Shown piece by piece: positions 25,968 to 38,939 of a stretch of DNA of 64,000 bases. Below the pieces are notes generated by a model. The model was not told the origin of the DNA, ran no database searches, and saw only the letters and a list, made by a program, of their open reading frames with translations. The stretch spans positions 3,410,001 to 3,474,000 of the forward strand of contig CATNEN010000003.1 in NCBI GenBank assembly GCA_950097015.1. Direction: 5' to 3'. The first letter of the stretch is position 1. Every line of letters starts with the position of its first letter. Source of the stretch: Macrostomum hystrix (Eukaryota; Animalia; Platyhelminthes). Both the position numbers and the translations under genes were made by a program.

Positions 25968-26940
25968 CCTGTCTCATCTCTCCCCTGCCTCATCTCTTCC
26001 TGTCTCATCTCTCCCCTATCTCATCTCTTCCTGTCTAATCTCTCCTCTGTCTCATCTCTTACTGTCTCATCTCTCCCTGTCTCATCTCTACCCTGTCTCA
26101 TCTCTCCCCTGTCTCATCTCTCCCTGTCTCATCTCTCCCCCTGTCTTATATCTCCCCTGTCTCATCTCTACCCTGTCTCATCTCTCCCCTGTCTCATCTC
26201 TCCCTGTCTCATCTCTCCCCCTGTCTTGTCTCTCCCCTGTCTCATCTCTACCCTGTCTCATCTCTCCCCTGTCTCATCTCTCCCTGTCTCATCTCTCCCC
26301 CTGTCTTATATCTCCCCTGTCTCATCTCTACCCTGTCTCATCTCTCCCCTGTCTCATCTCTACCCTGTCTCATCTCTCCCCTGTCTCATCTCTCCCTGTC
26401 TCATCTCTCCCCTATCTCATCTCTTCCTGTCTAATCTCTCCTCTGTCTCATCTCTTACTGTCTCATCTCTCCCTGTCTCATCTCTACCCTGTCTCATCTC
26501 TCCCCTGTCTCATCTCTCCCTGTCTCATCTCTCCCCCTGTCTTATATCTCCCCTGTCTCATCTCTACCCTGTCTCATCTCTCCCCTGTCTCATCTCTCCC
26601 TGTCTCATCTCTCCCCCTGTCTTGTCTCTCCCCTGTCTCATCTCTACCCTGTCTCATCTCTCCCCTGTCTCATCTCTCCCTGTCTCATCTCTCCCCCTGT
26701 CTTATATCTCCCCTGTCTCATCTCTACCCTGTCTCATCTCTCCCCTGTCTCATCTCTCCCCTGTCTCATCTCTACCCTGTCTCATCTCTCCCCTGTCTCA
26801 TCTCTCCCTGTCTCATCTCTCCCTGTCTCATCTCTCCCCTGTCTCATCTCTCCCCTGTTTCATCTCTCCTGTCTCATCTCTGCCCTGTCTCATCTCTCCC
26901 GTGTCTCGTCTTTCCAGTGTCTCATCTCTGCGTGTCTTAT
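25968..26940 (+). repeat. 15/16-bp family array with an internal duplication of about 400 bp
   Basis: Direct periodicity; a diagnostic variant block recurs near 26010 and 26405. Confidence 0.92.
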
Positions 26941-28775
26941 GATTGACATCATCCATTTTCTTATCCATGATATTCATCTTTTCCAGTTTGTCATGTCTCA
27001 TTTGTCCCTTGTTCTAGTAAAAGTTTTTGTTCTCAAATCAAGGTAGAGCATTCTTCCATTTATCGACGATGAGAAAGTCTATTAAAGCAGAAGTATTCTT
27101 ATATGCGTCCACATGCTTCTGTGCTTGGTTCGGTCATTCTTTTTCATGGCATTAAGATGATCCTCTCAATGAAAATTTGGGTATTTAATCTAGGATGTTG
27201 AGTTCTCTAATCCTTAATCAGATAAGCAGAAAAGAAACAAGATGTTAAAAACGTTCTAACATCGTCTACACTTTCAGAAGAGGCCCTGGGACCAGTTAAA
27301 TACAGAAATTATATAATGAACTATTAATATTTATGCAAAATTTGTTAATAGACAAAAGAATTTACCCAAATTCGCTCTAGACAAAAATGTGACTGTAAAT
27401 AAGAAAGCCTGGCATACCTGTACTCTTCGCTTCAAAAAGTTGCAAATTGAGAAGGCTTTCTCAAGTGAGTTAAGCATACTTTAGGGCACAAAAACTGTAC
27501 GTATTATATGAAAATACCGTGATACGAAGCAAAACAAAAAAATAGTGATATTAAACTTTTCTTTGTTTTTTTAGAGCCGATTTGTTATAGTTAAACTACC
27601 ACAGGATTGAAATTGAACACACAAACGGACTGCATAATGAAAAGCTGCGAACTATTTAGTTTTTGGAAACAAAGAGCAACATTTATTACAGACTTCTATT
27701 CTCGCCTTTGTTGCATAAAATAAATTAAGTAAATATTCACTACGTTCATCAAAGTTAAACATTGTTTGCACATGACAGGGATAGAATAAGGGGCCGTCAC
27801 TTACTGTCACTTACAACTGCGCAGAAAATAATGAAAGATGAGCTCAAATATGGTCTGGCAACATGTACGGCCTCTGTAATTGTGCTCATTTACTCGGGAC
27901 AATAAAATAAATAAAAAAACGAGACTTTCCTTTGGCTCTGAGCTTTGCTTTCGACGCCAAAGTTTATTGAAGTATTTAACTGGCTTTTAAAAAACAGAAC
28001 GGCTCCTCAGTGTATTAGTCCTGTAGCGGTGCAGTATATGTACACGAAAAGGCTATTGCTAAAGGGAAGGAGAATAGGAAATCGCAGCACCAAGATTTCC
28101 TCAACTTGAGCTGTCGGTGTGTTGCTGACTCAAAGCGCTTGAAATGCCAGCACTAAATAATCAGTTTTGTTGGCCAAAAAGCAGTACAGGTTGAGCATGC
28201 GCTCAACATTTGCAAGGTGCCCGGAACGGTACAGGTCAGGAGATGTTGAAATTAACAAAAATGTTATTGGCAAAATCTATAACACAATAAGCGCCATAAG
28301 TTTGTAAAATGTTTGCACCTATTGTTAAAATTAATGAAATCATTAAAAATATGTTAGCAACCATTTCTACATCAAAAAGAGCCAGTGTTCTGAAGAAGTT
28401 TTACGTAGGCAAAAAGAATTAATGTCAAATACAGTATATTAATTAAGCCTAAAATACGTTAAGTTTAAGTTGTGCATCATCATTTTATGTGGAGAAAGGA
28501 AATTGTAAGTTTGGTCTACTAGATAAAAAAGCACTTTTAAGGTTTACAAGGTACAGTACAAAGTCACTCTTGTCAGTGTAAATATAAATTGTTGTTAAAT
28601 GTTTGACATTTCTGGTATTGAGGACAATGTCTGCTTTGTGTCGATAATTGCATTGTCAAACTCATTAGAACAATGAACTCCCGACTTGTCCGTCAGTATT
28701 CTATGACCCAATGACAGCACAGACTGGCTCTTAATAAAAAATGTTTTTCGCACAGTTCAGTTCTGATATAGTCTA

Positions 28776-31625
28776 TCAGACCAACTGCAGGTGATCAAAG
28801 CTGGCCCGCTTCTCGTCAATAAACGGCAAGGTGAAGCCCTCACCGAAGGAGGAGCTGCACCTGAAGTTGCCGACTTCGCCGCTGCGCATTTGCAGCTCTA
28901 TGGAGCGCCGACGTCGCCGCACTCCGCCCGAGCCGGTGGCACCGCCGGTGGTGCTGTCCAGCACCGAGAACTGGTGCTGCTGCGCCTTGTTCCGCCTGAC
29001 AATGCACACCAGGCCGATCACCATGGCGACGAACAGTAGCGAAGAGAGCAGAATGACGCTCATTAGTACAATGTCCTCCTTCGTGAGGTTCAGGCCCTTC
29101 TGCTTACCTAATTCTTTCGTAGAGGCTGAAGCATTCGCTGTATCAGTTGACGAACCCGGCGAAATGGTCTCTACAGATACCGTTGTCTTCGATGCCTCCG
29201 TGGTTGTTGGTGTGACCTTCACGACTGCAGTTCCTGCCCTGTTGCGTCCACTGCTAGTTTTTCCTATTTTCGTCGTCTTTATCGCCTCAGTCGTGGTTTC
29301 AGTAGTTTCTGATTTTGTTGATAGTGCTGTAGAGGACTGTTCCGCTGTTGTCGATGCGAGCTGAATTATGGTCGTCTCAGGCGTTGTTTTTCCCTTTGTA
29401 GTGGTCGACTCATCCGGCCTAATACCAGCAGTTGTCGGTGCTTCAGTTGTTGTGGTAGTCGGTGCTTCAGTTGTTGTGGTAGTCGGTGCTTCAGTTGTTG
29501 TTGTTGCTTCAGTTATTGTGGTAGTCGGTGCTTCAGTTGTTGCGGTAGTCGGTGCTTCAGTTGTTGTGGTCGTCGATGTCTCAGCTGTTGTTGTTGTTGT
29601 CGGTGCCTCAGTTGTGGTTGTCGGTGCTTCAGTTGTTGTTGTCGGTGCTTCAGTTGTTGTCGGTGCTTCAGTTGTGGTTGTCGGTGCTTCAGTTGTGGTT
29701 GTGGTTGTCGGTGCCTCAGTTGTGGTTGTGGTTGTCGGTGCCTCAGTTGTGGTTGACGGTGCCTCAGTTGTGGTTGTGGTTGTCGGTGTCTCAGTTGTGG
29801 TTGTCGGTGCCTCAGTTGTGGTTGTCGGTGCCTCAGTTGTGGTTGTCGGTGCCTCAGTTGTGGTTGTGGTTGTCGGTGCCTCAGTTGTGGTTGTGGTTGT
29901 CGGTGCCTCAGTTGTGGTTGTCGGTGCCTCAGTTGTGGTTGTGGTTGTCGGTGCCTTAGTTGTGGTTGTGGTTGTCGGTGCCTCAGTTGTGGTTGTGGTT
30001 GTCGGTGCCTCAGTTGTGGTTGTCGGTGCCTTAGTTGTGGTTGTGGTTGTCGGTGCCTCAGTTGTGGTTGTCGGTGCCTCAGTTGTGGTTATGGTTGCCG
30101 GTGCCTTAGTTGTGGTTGTGGTTGTCGGTGCTTCAGTTGTGGTTGTCGGTGCCTTAGTTGTGGTTGTGGTTGTCGGTGCCTTAGTTGTGGTTGTGGTTGT
30201 CGGTGCCTCAGTTGTGGTTGTGGTTGTCGGTGCCTCAGTTGTGGTTGTCGGTGCCTCAGTTGTGGTTGTGGTTGTCGGTGCTTCAGTTGTGGTTGTTGTT
30301 GTCGGTGCCTCAGTTGTGGTTGTCGGTGCTTCAGTTGTTGTTGTGGTTGTCGGTGCCTCAGTTGTGGTTGTCGGTGCCTCAGTTGTGGTTGTCGGTGCCT
30401 CAGTTGTGGTTGTGGTTGTCGGTGCCTCAGTTGTGGTTGTCGGTGCCTCAGTTGTAGTTGTCGGTGCCTCAGTTGTGGTTGTGGTTGCCGGTGCCTTAGT
30501 TGTGGTTGTGGTTGTCGGTGCCTCAGTTGTGGTTGTCGGTGCCTCAGTTGTGGTTGTCGGTGCCTCAGTTGTGGTTGTGGTTGTCGGTGCTTTAGTTGTG
30601 GTTGTTGTTGTCGGTGCCTCAGTTGTTGTGGTTGTTTCAGTTGTCGCTTCGTCGGCTTTCAGGGAAGTCGCAGTTTTTGAAGGTGTTGTTTTTGGCTCTT
30701 CAGCTGCGTTTTCCGCCGCGGTACTCGTCTGTGCCATAACTTCAGGGCTGGTCGATTTCGGATCGCTTGTCTGCGGCCCACCGGTTGGTTCTGGTTATGC
30801 AATACGAGAAATAATTAAATAAATAAAAAAATAATAATAATAAGTGATTACACCTGTCCCAATCGGGTCAGATGTGCAGCCGACAGCACAGCCGCAGCTA
30901 TTGCACAGCACATCTGAAGACTGTGTACAGCTGTTCAGTCCATGGACTGGGGGTCGCCCCACACACCTTCAATTATCCCAGCTAATGCTGGTACCCATTT
31001 TACAGCTGGGTGAACTGAAGCAATTCAGGTTTAAGTGTCTTGCTAAAGGACACAAATTGTTTCAGTGGAGTCGGGAATCGAAACCTCGACCTTCAAGTCG
31101 TGAGTCCGACGCCCTAACCACTACGCTACAACCTCTGTTGCAGAGGAAGGAAGGAAATCGAACGGAAACAGAATGTGATTGCGGATAATTATGTTTAGAG
31201 CGCCTCGAGGGACTGATTTGAGTAAGGGTATCGATTTGAGCACTGATTGATGTTACATGGGCGAGTGATTTGATTCAATCAGCTCTGCGATAACAACCTC
31301 GCTAGCTCAAGGGGATAACGGGGTCGATGGATGAAGGACTGTGGACTAGAAACGAGTTCCTGTGTCAACGAATCCTTGGCTGGATGATGTAATTTTATAA
31401 GGAAAGTTTCGTTCTGCAACATTCTTGAATCTTTTGGCCCGATCTCTCGGTTTCGAATAAAATCATAAAATACGTACTTATAGGTTGTATATATAAATTA
31501 TGAAAATTACCTGACAATAGATTGGGGACGAGTTGAATACCGACAGCCAAGTTGGGCATTAGCAGAATTGTTTGGAGTAGAACGACAACTCCAATGCACA
31601 CAATGGCAGAGTTTTTCATTGCCAT
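28776..31625 (-). CDS. Gene B: membrane-anchored mucin-like glycoprotein, about 709 aa; exons 31625-31511 and 30790-28776
   Basis: Exon 1 encodes a signal-like peptide (MAMKNSAIVCIGVVVLLQTILL); phase-1 donor TCAG|GTAATT joins CCAG|AACC in frame; long (T)nEAP repeat stalk; TM IVLMSVILLSSLLFVAMVIGLVCIV then RRNK; short tail. Confidence 0.88.
30830..31134 (-). mobile_element. SINE family 1, tRNA head plus CORE-like domain, in the gene B intron
   Basis: A box TAGCGTAGTGG, B-box-like GTTTCGATTCC, GTGTCCTTTAGCAAGACACTTAA...CAGCTGTAAAATGGG resembles the MIR/CORE consensus, (TTA)n tail. Confidence 0.88.
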
Positions 31626-33061
31626 TCAGCTTGTCTGACTGCTTGCGGATGCTGTAATCTCCAAGGTGTCTTTAGACGCTGACGACTGATTCCTAAGGTG
31701 CGAAAATGATTGTAATATTTCTATGATTTCCTACAAGGACAAATTATATTGCAAAAAATCATACGTAGAAATACTTTGCTCGGGGCTGAGTAATTCGTGC
31801 ATAATTTGGCGACAGTCGAGGTGGCAATTCTGCCCTTTTATGTGACCTAATTGAGCACACACACTGCGGATTCGATCTCAGGGGCCTTGGTTACAGCTAC
31901 GGCACTTAACCCCCTATTGCATACCCTGATGATATTCACTCCAGATGGTCCTTAACTCGATGAGTGACATAGTCAGACTCTGAAAGAAGTCCTTCCGAAA
32001 AGCACCTTAACTGCTGCTTGGCTATATACGGACCAGAAAAACGGTTCGAAGCTCCAGGTAATAGCCAATCAATCTTCAGATGTATAGTAAATATATTTTC
32101 GACCTTTCCATCCTTGCACTTTATAGCTTGTACGCTAAAAAATGTTTGGCACTTGAAAACTTTTCTAAGAACCGATTATGAGACACAGGCAATTATTGTG
32201 GCACTGATTTAGTCGGCCAGTTGCATTACCTTTGGTCTTATTGTACACCTGGGAGTCTAAGCGATCTCGAGTCGAATTGAATCAAACTTTCGGCTGCATT
32301 AAACCATGCAGAATTATGGGTCTAAACAGTGACTCTGCGTCCTTCTGCGCCAAATGGCATTCGCAACAGCAGTCTATATCAAATAGTTTTATAGGCAGAG
32401 TTTGACGCCACCATGCGACGCGCACCAAGCCAAAAACAGAGAAGCCAGGGAAAAAGGACAGAAATGTTTTCTCTTACCAATATTAATCTTAATAGCGAGG
32501 CGCAGCTCTTTTCTCTCTATTATTGCTGCGGCCTCTGCTGCTGGCGTTCAGTAATCCCGGCTTTCGTATTTGAACACGCCTGTAAAAGCCGCAGATCTAT
32601 AAGGCTTGGCTTTTGGATCCACAATGGGAGCTTGATTCCTACCTCTTCCCTTCATTATATTTCCCACGGCACACAGAAGGCCAGTTGCAAACAAGAGGTG
32701 GGGAACCCTGCCTATAGCCAGGTCCCAATATAGGGGAGGGCGCTGTCTGTCTCTAGCCACCCCCAGTCTGCTTTGCTTTTCCAGCGTTAAAGGGAGGAAC
32801 AAAGCCAAGCAAAAACTTAAACTGTTAGGACATTGGCTGGCTGGTGACAGGCTGAAAGCACGTTATAACTCTGTATTTGTGTGTCCCTCGAAAACTCCCA
32901 TAACCCATACAACACAGCCTATTCCCGAAACGAAGTTCCCCAACCATTGAACTGTCTTGACGAGATAGGAATAAGTTAGCCCATAGCTACTAAAGTATTT
33001 ACCTGTCGTTGCCTAGTCGTTACTTTTAATGGTACTTTTAAAGTAATGGCACTTAACCCAA

Positions 33062-33320
33062 TTAGGCAAGGCGGAGCGGTTATCGCGTTTGCCTCTCGCT
33101 CCAAGGTCCCTGAGCTCGATTCCTCGACGAGACCGCGTTTATTTAGGGCCTGGGGGCTTGTCGTGCAATTTACGCCCTTGAGGGCCAACCTCCAAGGTAC
33201 TGTGAAAGTGTACAGTGCTCAGGATTAAGCGCAATTGGCAGAATTGCCTTCTCGCTGGCTGCGGGTCTAGTGTCACCAACTAATGTGCCATTGCACGCCT
33301 CCCTCCTGAAAATATTATTT
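33062..33320 (+). mobile_element. SINE family 2 copy, internally deleted
   Basis: Colinear with the reverse complement of 5867-6232 but lacking the central hairpin segment. Confidence 0.85.
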
Positions 33321-33817
33321 AATATTAACCTGATTGGACCAGAATCAAACAGTTATAAAGCAGATTATAAGCAAAACAAGTAATCACAGCGCATCTATAG
33401 TAAGTTATCGCTTGGCTTTCGTGACATTTCGACTGCAAAAGTTGAAATTATGTAAAAAAGCTTTACAACTAGAAATATTTTTTAAGGTTTGCTAATGCGA
33501 GAAAACACTATTGCTATTACCAGTCCTACCACGTTCAATTCCTAAAGATTTCTCCCACTGATTACAAAAACAGTCCAAATAAAATTAAACAAAGAAAATT
33601 AGACAAATTGGTCTTCGCTTACCTTATCTTATGTTACCTTATGCTTCACCATATGGTTTTTATGATTGGAAGAATGAAATGTCTGGTAAAATAAAAGTTC
33701 AAATCCTTGTTTATTACTATTTAGCCTTGTATGCATTGGACCCGAACTTTGTAGTATTATTCTGTACTCATTGCCTTCAAGTTCGAAAGAATTCAACTTT
33801 CTTCGTCTCGTCTTCTC

Positions 33818-34830
33818 AGTATTCTCACCCTTCCCACTTATCTTCTCACCCTTCCCACTTATATTCTCACCCTTCCTTCTTATATTCTCACCCTTCCCAC
33901 TTATCTTCTCACCCTTCCCACTTATCTTCTCACCCTCCTTCTTATATTCTCACCCTTCCCACTTATCTTCTCACCCTTCCCACTTATCATCTCACCCTCC
34001 CCACTTATCTTCTCACCCTTCCCACTTATCTTCTCACCCTTCCACTTATCTTCTCACCCTTCCCCGTTATCTTCTCACCCTTCCTACTTATATTCTCACC
34101 CTTCCCACTTATCTTCTCACCCTTCCCACTTATCATCTCACCCTTCCCACTTATCATCTCACCCTTCCCACTTATCTTCTCACCCTTCCCACTTATCTTC
34201 TCACCCTTCCACTTATATTCTCACCCTTCCCACTTATCTTCTCACCCTTCCCACTTATCATCTCACCCTTCCCACTTATCTTCTCACCCTTCCCACTTAT
34301 CATCTCACCCTTCCCACTTATCTTCTCACCCTTCCACTTATCTTCTCACCCTTCCCCGTTATCTTCTCACCCTTCCTACTTATCTTCTCACCCTTCCCAC
34401 TTATCATCTCACCCTTCCCACTTATCTTCTCACCCTTCCCACTTATCTTCTCACCCTTCCACTTATCTTCTCACCCTTCCCACTTATCTTCTCACCCTTC
34501 CCACTTATCTTCTCACCCTTCCCACTTATCATCTCACCCTTCCCACTTATCTTCTCACCCTTCCACTTATCTTCTCACCCTTCCCCGTTATCTTCTCACC
34601 CTTCCTACTTATCTTCTCACCCTTCCCACTTATCATCTCACCCTTCCCACTTATCATCTCACCCTTCCCACTTATCTTCTCACCCTTCCCACTTATCTTC
34701 TCACCCTTCCCACTTATCATCTCACCCTTCCCACTTATCTTCTCACCCTTCCCACTTATCTTCTCACCCTTCCCCGTTATCTTCTCACCCTTCCTACTTA
34801 TATTCTCACCCTTTCCTTCCTATCTTCTCA
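33818..34830. repeat. 20/21-bp minisatellite (TTCTCACCCTTCCCACTTATC)
   Basis: Direct periodicity. Confidence 0.96.
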
Positions 34831-35789
34831 CCAATGCTTCTTCCTTTCCAGATTTTTATAGTTAAAAAATAAATATACTTGTACGAGCGTATATAAGCAA
34901 TAAATTATAGGTAATTTAGTTTAATTTCTTACCAAATTGGTTATGAACCAATCGCTGAGTAGGATTTGTAATGTATCTTTAATTCGGTAACCTAAATTAG
35001 TATTTAAACAATAAGTGTAAGGAAAATTTTCAATAACGGTTGAACGGTTTTCTTGTCGACCTTTTGTGCAGTGTAGAAAATTAATTCACTCAATCACTAA
35101 CCAAAGTATGTCTCTTTTGCTATTATCGTCTTTTCAGTCAGGCCGTCTGTTTTTCTCTTTATTTCGGGGAAAGAGTTTGGAGAGAGAGAGAGGCGGTGAG
35201 AGAGGTGAGGTAGGGGAGCAGGGAGTGGAGGTGGACTGTCAGGTATTAAGCTTGACGATGAAGCAACGAAGATAGTGTAGGTGATGTAGGTGGGAGTGGC
35301 TGGGGTTGGCTTGTACTGCAAAACACGCACGCAAGGTTTGATGCCGTGATTTTAACTACCCCTCAAGCCGCTCTAAACCTAGTGTCGGTCGCAACTCTAT
35401 CTCTAGATTTTATTAAACACTCTCTCTTTATTCCGTGTAATTCAATGCTGCAGTTTTCATTTAACATGCAACAGCACAAGCAAAGAGCCTAATTTGTTAA
35501 GTTTTGATTTCTTACAATGAAGCAAATAAATGCATGGCTTGTGCATCATTGAGATGTAACTGGACATTGGGTGTAGTGTGCGACACTGATTAGCATACAC
35601 TTTAGTGTGTCTGCACTTCCGGTGAATTTAGACATCCAACTACACTAAATCTCTAAGATCTTCTATTTACTAACAGTCAGTCTTGCGTTCATCTTGAAAA
35701 CTCAAGCCTCTTTTCAGCTAGCATTACGAGATATAAATTCGTAGTTTTTTATATTAAAATATAAATACCATAATAAGATAGAGTTTGGA

Positions 35790-36640
35790 TGAGGCAGGAG
35801 AGACACGATACAGGGAGAGATGAGACGAGAGAGAGTTAAGACATGAGAGATAGGAGAGAGATAAAACTGGGGAGAGATGAGACACGGGAGAGATGAGACA
35901 CGGGAGAGATGAGACACGGAGAGATGAGACACGGGAGAGATGAGACACGGGAGAGATGAGACAGGGGAGAGATAAGACAGGGAGAGATGAGGCAGGAAGA
36001 GATGAAACAGAGGAGAGATGAGACAGGGGAGAGACTAGACAGGGGAGAGACTAGACAGGGGAGAGATGAGACAGGGAAGAGATGAGACAGGGGAGAGATG
36101 AGACACGGGAGAGATGAGACACGGGAGAGATGAGACAGGGAAGAGATGAGACACGGGAGAGATGAGACACGGGAGAGATGAGACACGGGAGAGATGAGAC
36201 ACGGGAGAGATGAGACACGGGAGAGATGAGACACGGGAGAGATGAGACACGGGAGAGATGAGACACGGGAGAGATGAGACAAGGGAGAGATGAGACAGGG
36301 GAGAGATAAGACAGGGAGAGATGAGGCAGGAAGAGATGAAACAGAGGAGAGATGAGACAGGGGAGAGACTAGACAGGGGAGAGATGAGACAGGGAAGAGA
36401 TGAGACACGGGAGAGATGAGACACGGGAGAGATGAGACACGGGAGAGATGAGACACGGGAGAGATGAGACACGGGAGAGATGAGACACGGGAGAGATGAG
36501 ACACGGGAGAGATGAGACACGGGAGAGATGAGACACGGGAGAGATGAGACACGGGAGAGATGAGACACGGGAGTGATGAGACACGGGAGAGATGAGACAC
36601 GAGAGAGATGAGACACGGGAGAGATGAGACAGGTGGGAAA
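35790..36640 (-). repeat. 16-bp family array (GGGAGAGATGAGACAC)
   Basis: Same unit variant as inside the hAT MITEs. Confidence 0.94.
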
Positions 36641-37317
36641 TGAGGCACAGGATGGTGAGAGGAGACAGAGAAGAGTATAGGTGCTTGAAGTGACCAGGGG
36701 AGCCGATTCATACTTTTTTCGAGCCGTAAAATAGTCATCTACAAGTATTCGGAGTTAGTCGGCCTCAGGTTAATTGGGCTTTAGATTATCAAGGTAGCTT
36801 ATTTGTAAGCAGTCAATTTTGCACTCAGTGTCTGATATTGTCAAAAGTCCAAGGCAGAGTCCATACTTCACATTGTTCTATTAATAGAAGGAATTTTTTA
36901 TAAATTTAGAAAGTTCATATCATTCAACTGAGTTCACACAGTCGGGCTGCATCGTGATTTGAAAATAAATGGGGTCTCAAGTCCAGCAGTGTGGGTTTTA
37001 GCGCTGGTAAAATATATACAGGGCCAGTAATTACTCCAGAGCAGCTGTGAAGCAGAAAAAAACAAAACAGAGAAAAGAGAGCTGCGCAAGAAGAAGAGGA
37101 AGAAGAAGAAGACAAAATAAATGATTAATGCGTAGCGGTTACTCATTTTCTTCTTTCACTTAAGCCATCTTCGTTCTACCTGAAAGCTGTCACTCAGTGT
37201 GACAGTCCTTATCTACTGCCTTTGCTGTCCTCTACCTCTTACCAACCTTTCTTACGCAGTCTGTTGCATTGTCGAAACTCGGTTACTTATTTATTTTTTG
37301 TGTTTTCCGGGCCAAAA

Positions 37318-38192
37318 TCTCTCCCCTGTCTCATCTCTCCTCTGTCTCATCTCTCCCCTGTTTCATCTCTCCCCTGTCTCATCTCTCCCCTGTTTCATCT
37401 CTTCCTGCCTCAACTCTCCCTGTCTCATCTCTCCCCTGTCTCATCTCTCCCCTGTTTCATCTCTTCCTGCCTCATCTCTCCCTGTCTCATCTCTCCCCTG
37501 TCTCATCTCTCCCCTGTTTCATCTCTTTCCTGTTTCATCTCTTCCTGCCTCATCTCTCCCTGTCGCATCTCTCCCCTGTCTCATCTCTTCCCTGTCGCAT
37601 CTCTCCCGTCTCATCTCTCCCTGTCTCATCTCTCCCCTATCTCATCTCTCCCATGTCGCTTCTCTCCCCTGTTTCATCTCTCCCCTGTCTCATCTCTCCC
37701 CTGTCTCATCTCTCCCCTGTCTCATCTTTCCCCTGTCGCATCTCTTCCCTGTCGCATCTCTCCCCTGTCGCATCTCTTCCCTGTCGCATCTCTCCCCTGT
37801 CGCATCTCTTCCCTGTCGCATCTCTCCCGTCTCATCTCTCCCCTGTCTCATCTCTCCCCTGTCTCATCTCTCCCCTGTCTCATCTCTCCCCTGTCTCATC
37901 TCTTCCTGCCTCATCTCTCTCCTGTCTCATCTTTACCCTGTCTCATCTCTACCCTGTCTCATCTCTACCCTGTCTCATCTCTACCCTGTCTCATCTCTCC
38001 CCTGTCTCATCTCTCCCCTGTCTCATCTCTCCCCTGTCTCATCTCTTCCTGCCTCATCTCTCTCCTGTCTCATCTTTACCCTGTCTCATCTCTACCCTGT
38101 CTCATCTCTACCCTGTCTCATCTCTACCCTGTCTCATCTCTACCCGTCTCATCTCTCCCCAGTCTCATTTCTTCCCTGTCTCATCTCTCCCT
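37318..38192 (+). repeat. 15/16-bp family array
   Basis: Direct periodicity. Confidence 0.93.
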
Positions 38193-38558
38193 CTCTGCCC
38201 TGAGACATTGTTACTTTTTGGTTCTCTGCAAAAGGACGCTATGGTTAAAAATTAAAATAATTATTTTCCTGCAAACAGAATATCACTTCTAGAACAATAT
38301 TTCTTAACCTTTTTTAAAGTAAAACTGAAATGCACCTATTTAGTAGAAAATTTATGGGAACAAAAACCAGTCAGGGTTTTGTCAGTTCAATTTCTGTCTT
38401 GCCCCATTGGGAAATATGGAAGAATAACATTTGAATCCCGAATCAACACAAGCGAATGGCTTAGTGTCAGCAAATTCGTTTTCTTTTTTCGAAATCACTT
38501 CGTCTGAATGACCTCCAATGACCCCGCGAGCCGTTCGTCTGTCACTCAGTCCTAGATA

Positions 38559-38915
38559 AAAATAATTGCAGGATGGCTGCGGGCAATGGCAAATCATTTG
38601 GTGACACTAGACCCGCATCCAGCGAGGAGGCAATTCTGCCCGTTTCGCTGACTCCTGAGCACACACGGACGCAGATACTGTACGCAGGTATACCCTCACA
38701 CAGGTGTGTACATCTGCCCTAATTTTCTCATCGTCAGGCAGTGTACACTTCACTGTGCCTTGGAGGTTGGCCCTCAAGGGCGTAAATTGCACGACAAGCC
38801 CCCAAGCCTTCTCTCCGCGGCTGCGCCCCAAATAAATGTGGCCTCGCCGTGGAATCGAACTTAGGGACCTTGGTGCGTGAGGCAAACGCGATAACCGCTT
38901 TGCCACCAACCCCCT
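38559..38915 (-). mobile_element. SINE family 2, full length
   Basis: Near-identical to 5867-6232; 14-bp TSD CTCAGTC(C/T)TAGATA with one mismatch; head GGTTATCGCGTTTGCCTCACGC resembles tRNA-Val(CAC). Confidence 0.9.
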
Positions 38916-38939
38916 CTCAGTCTTAGATATCTCTTCCAT

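Noticed and set aside
29368-30822. Poly-Val ORF, and the similar VVASDVADG ORF at 62631-63215
   Set aside because: Antisense shadow of Thr codons in the mucin genes
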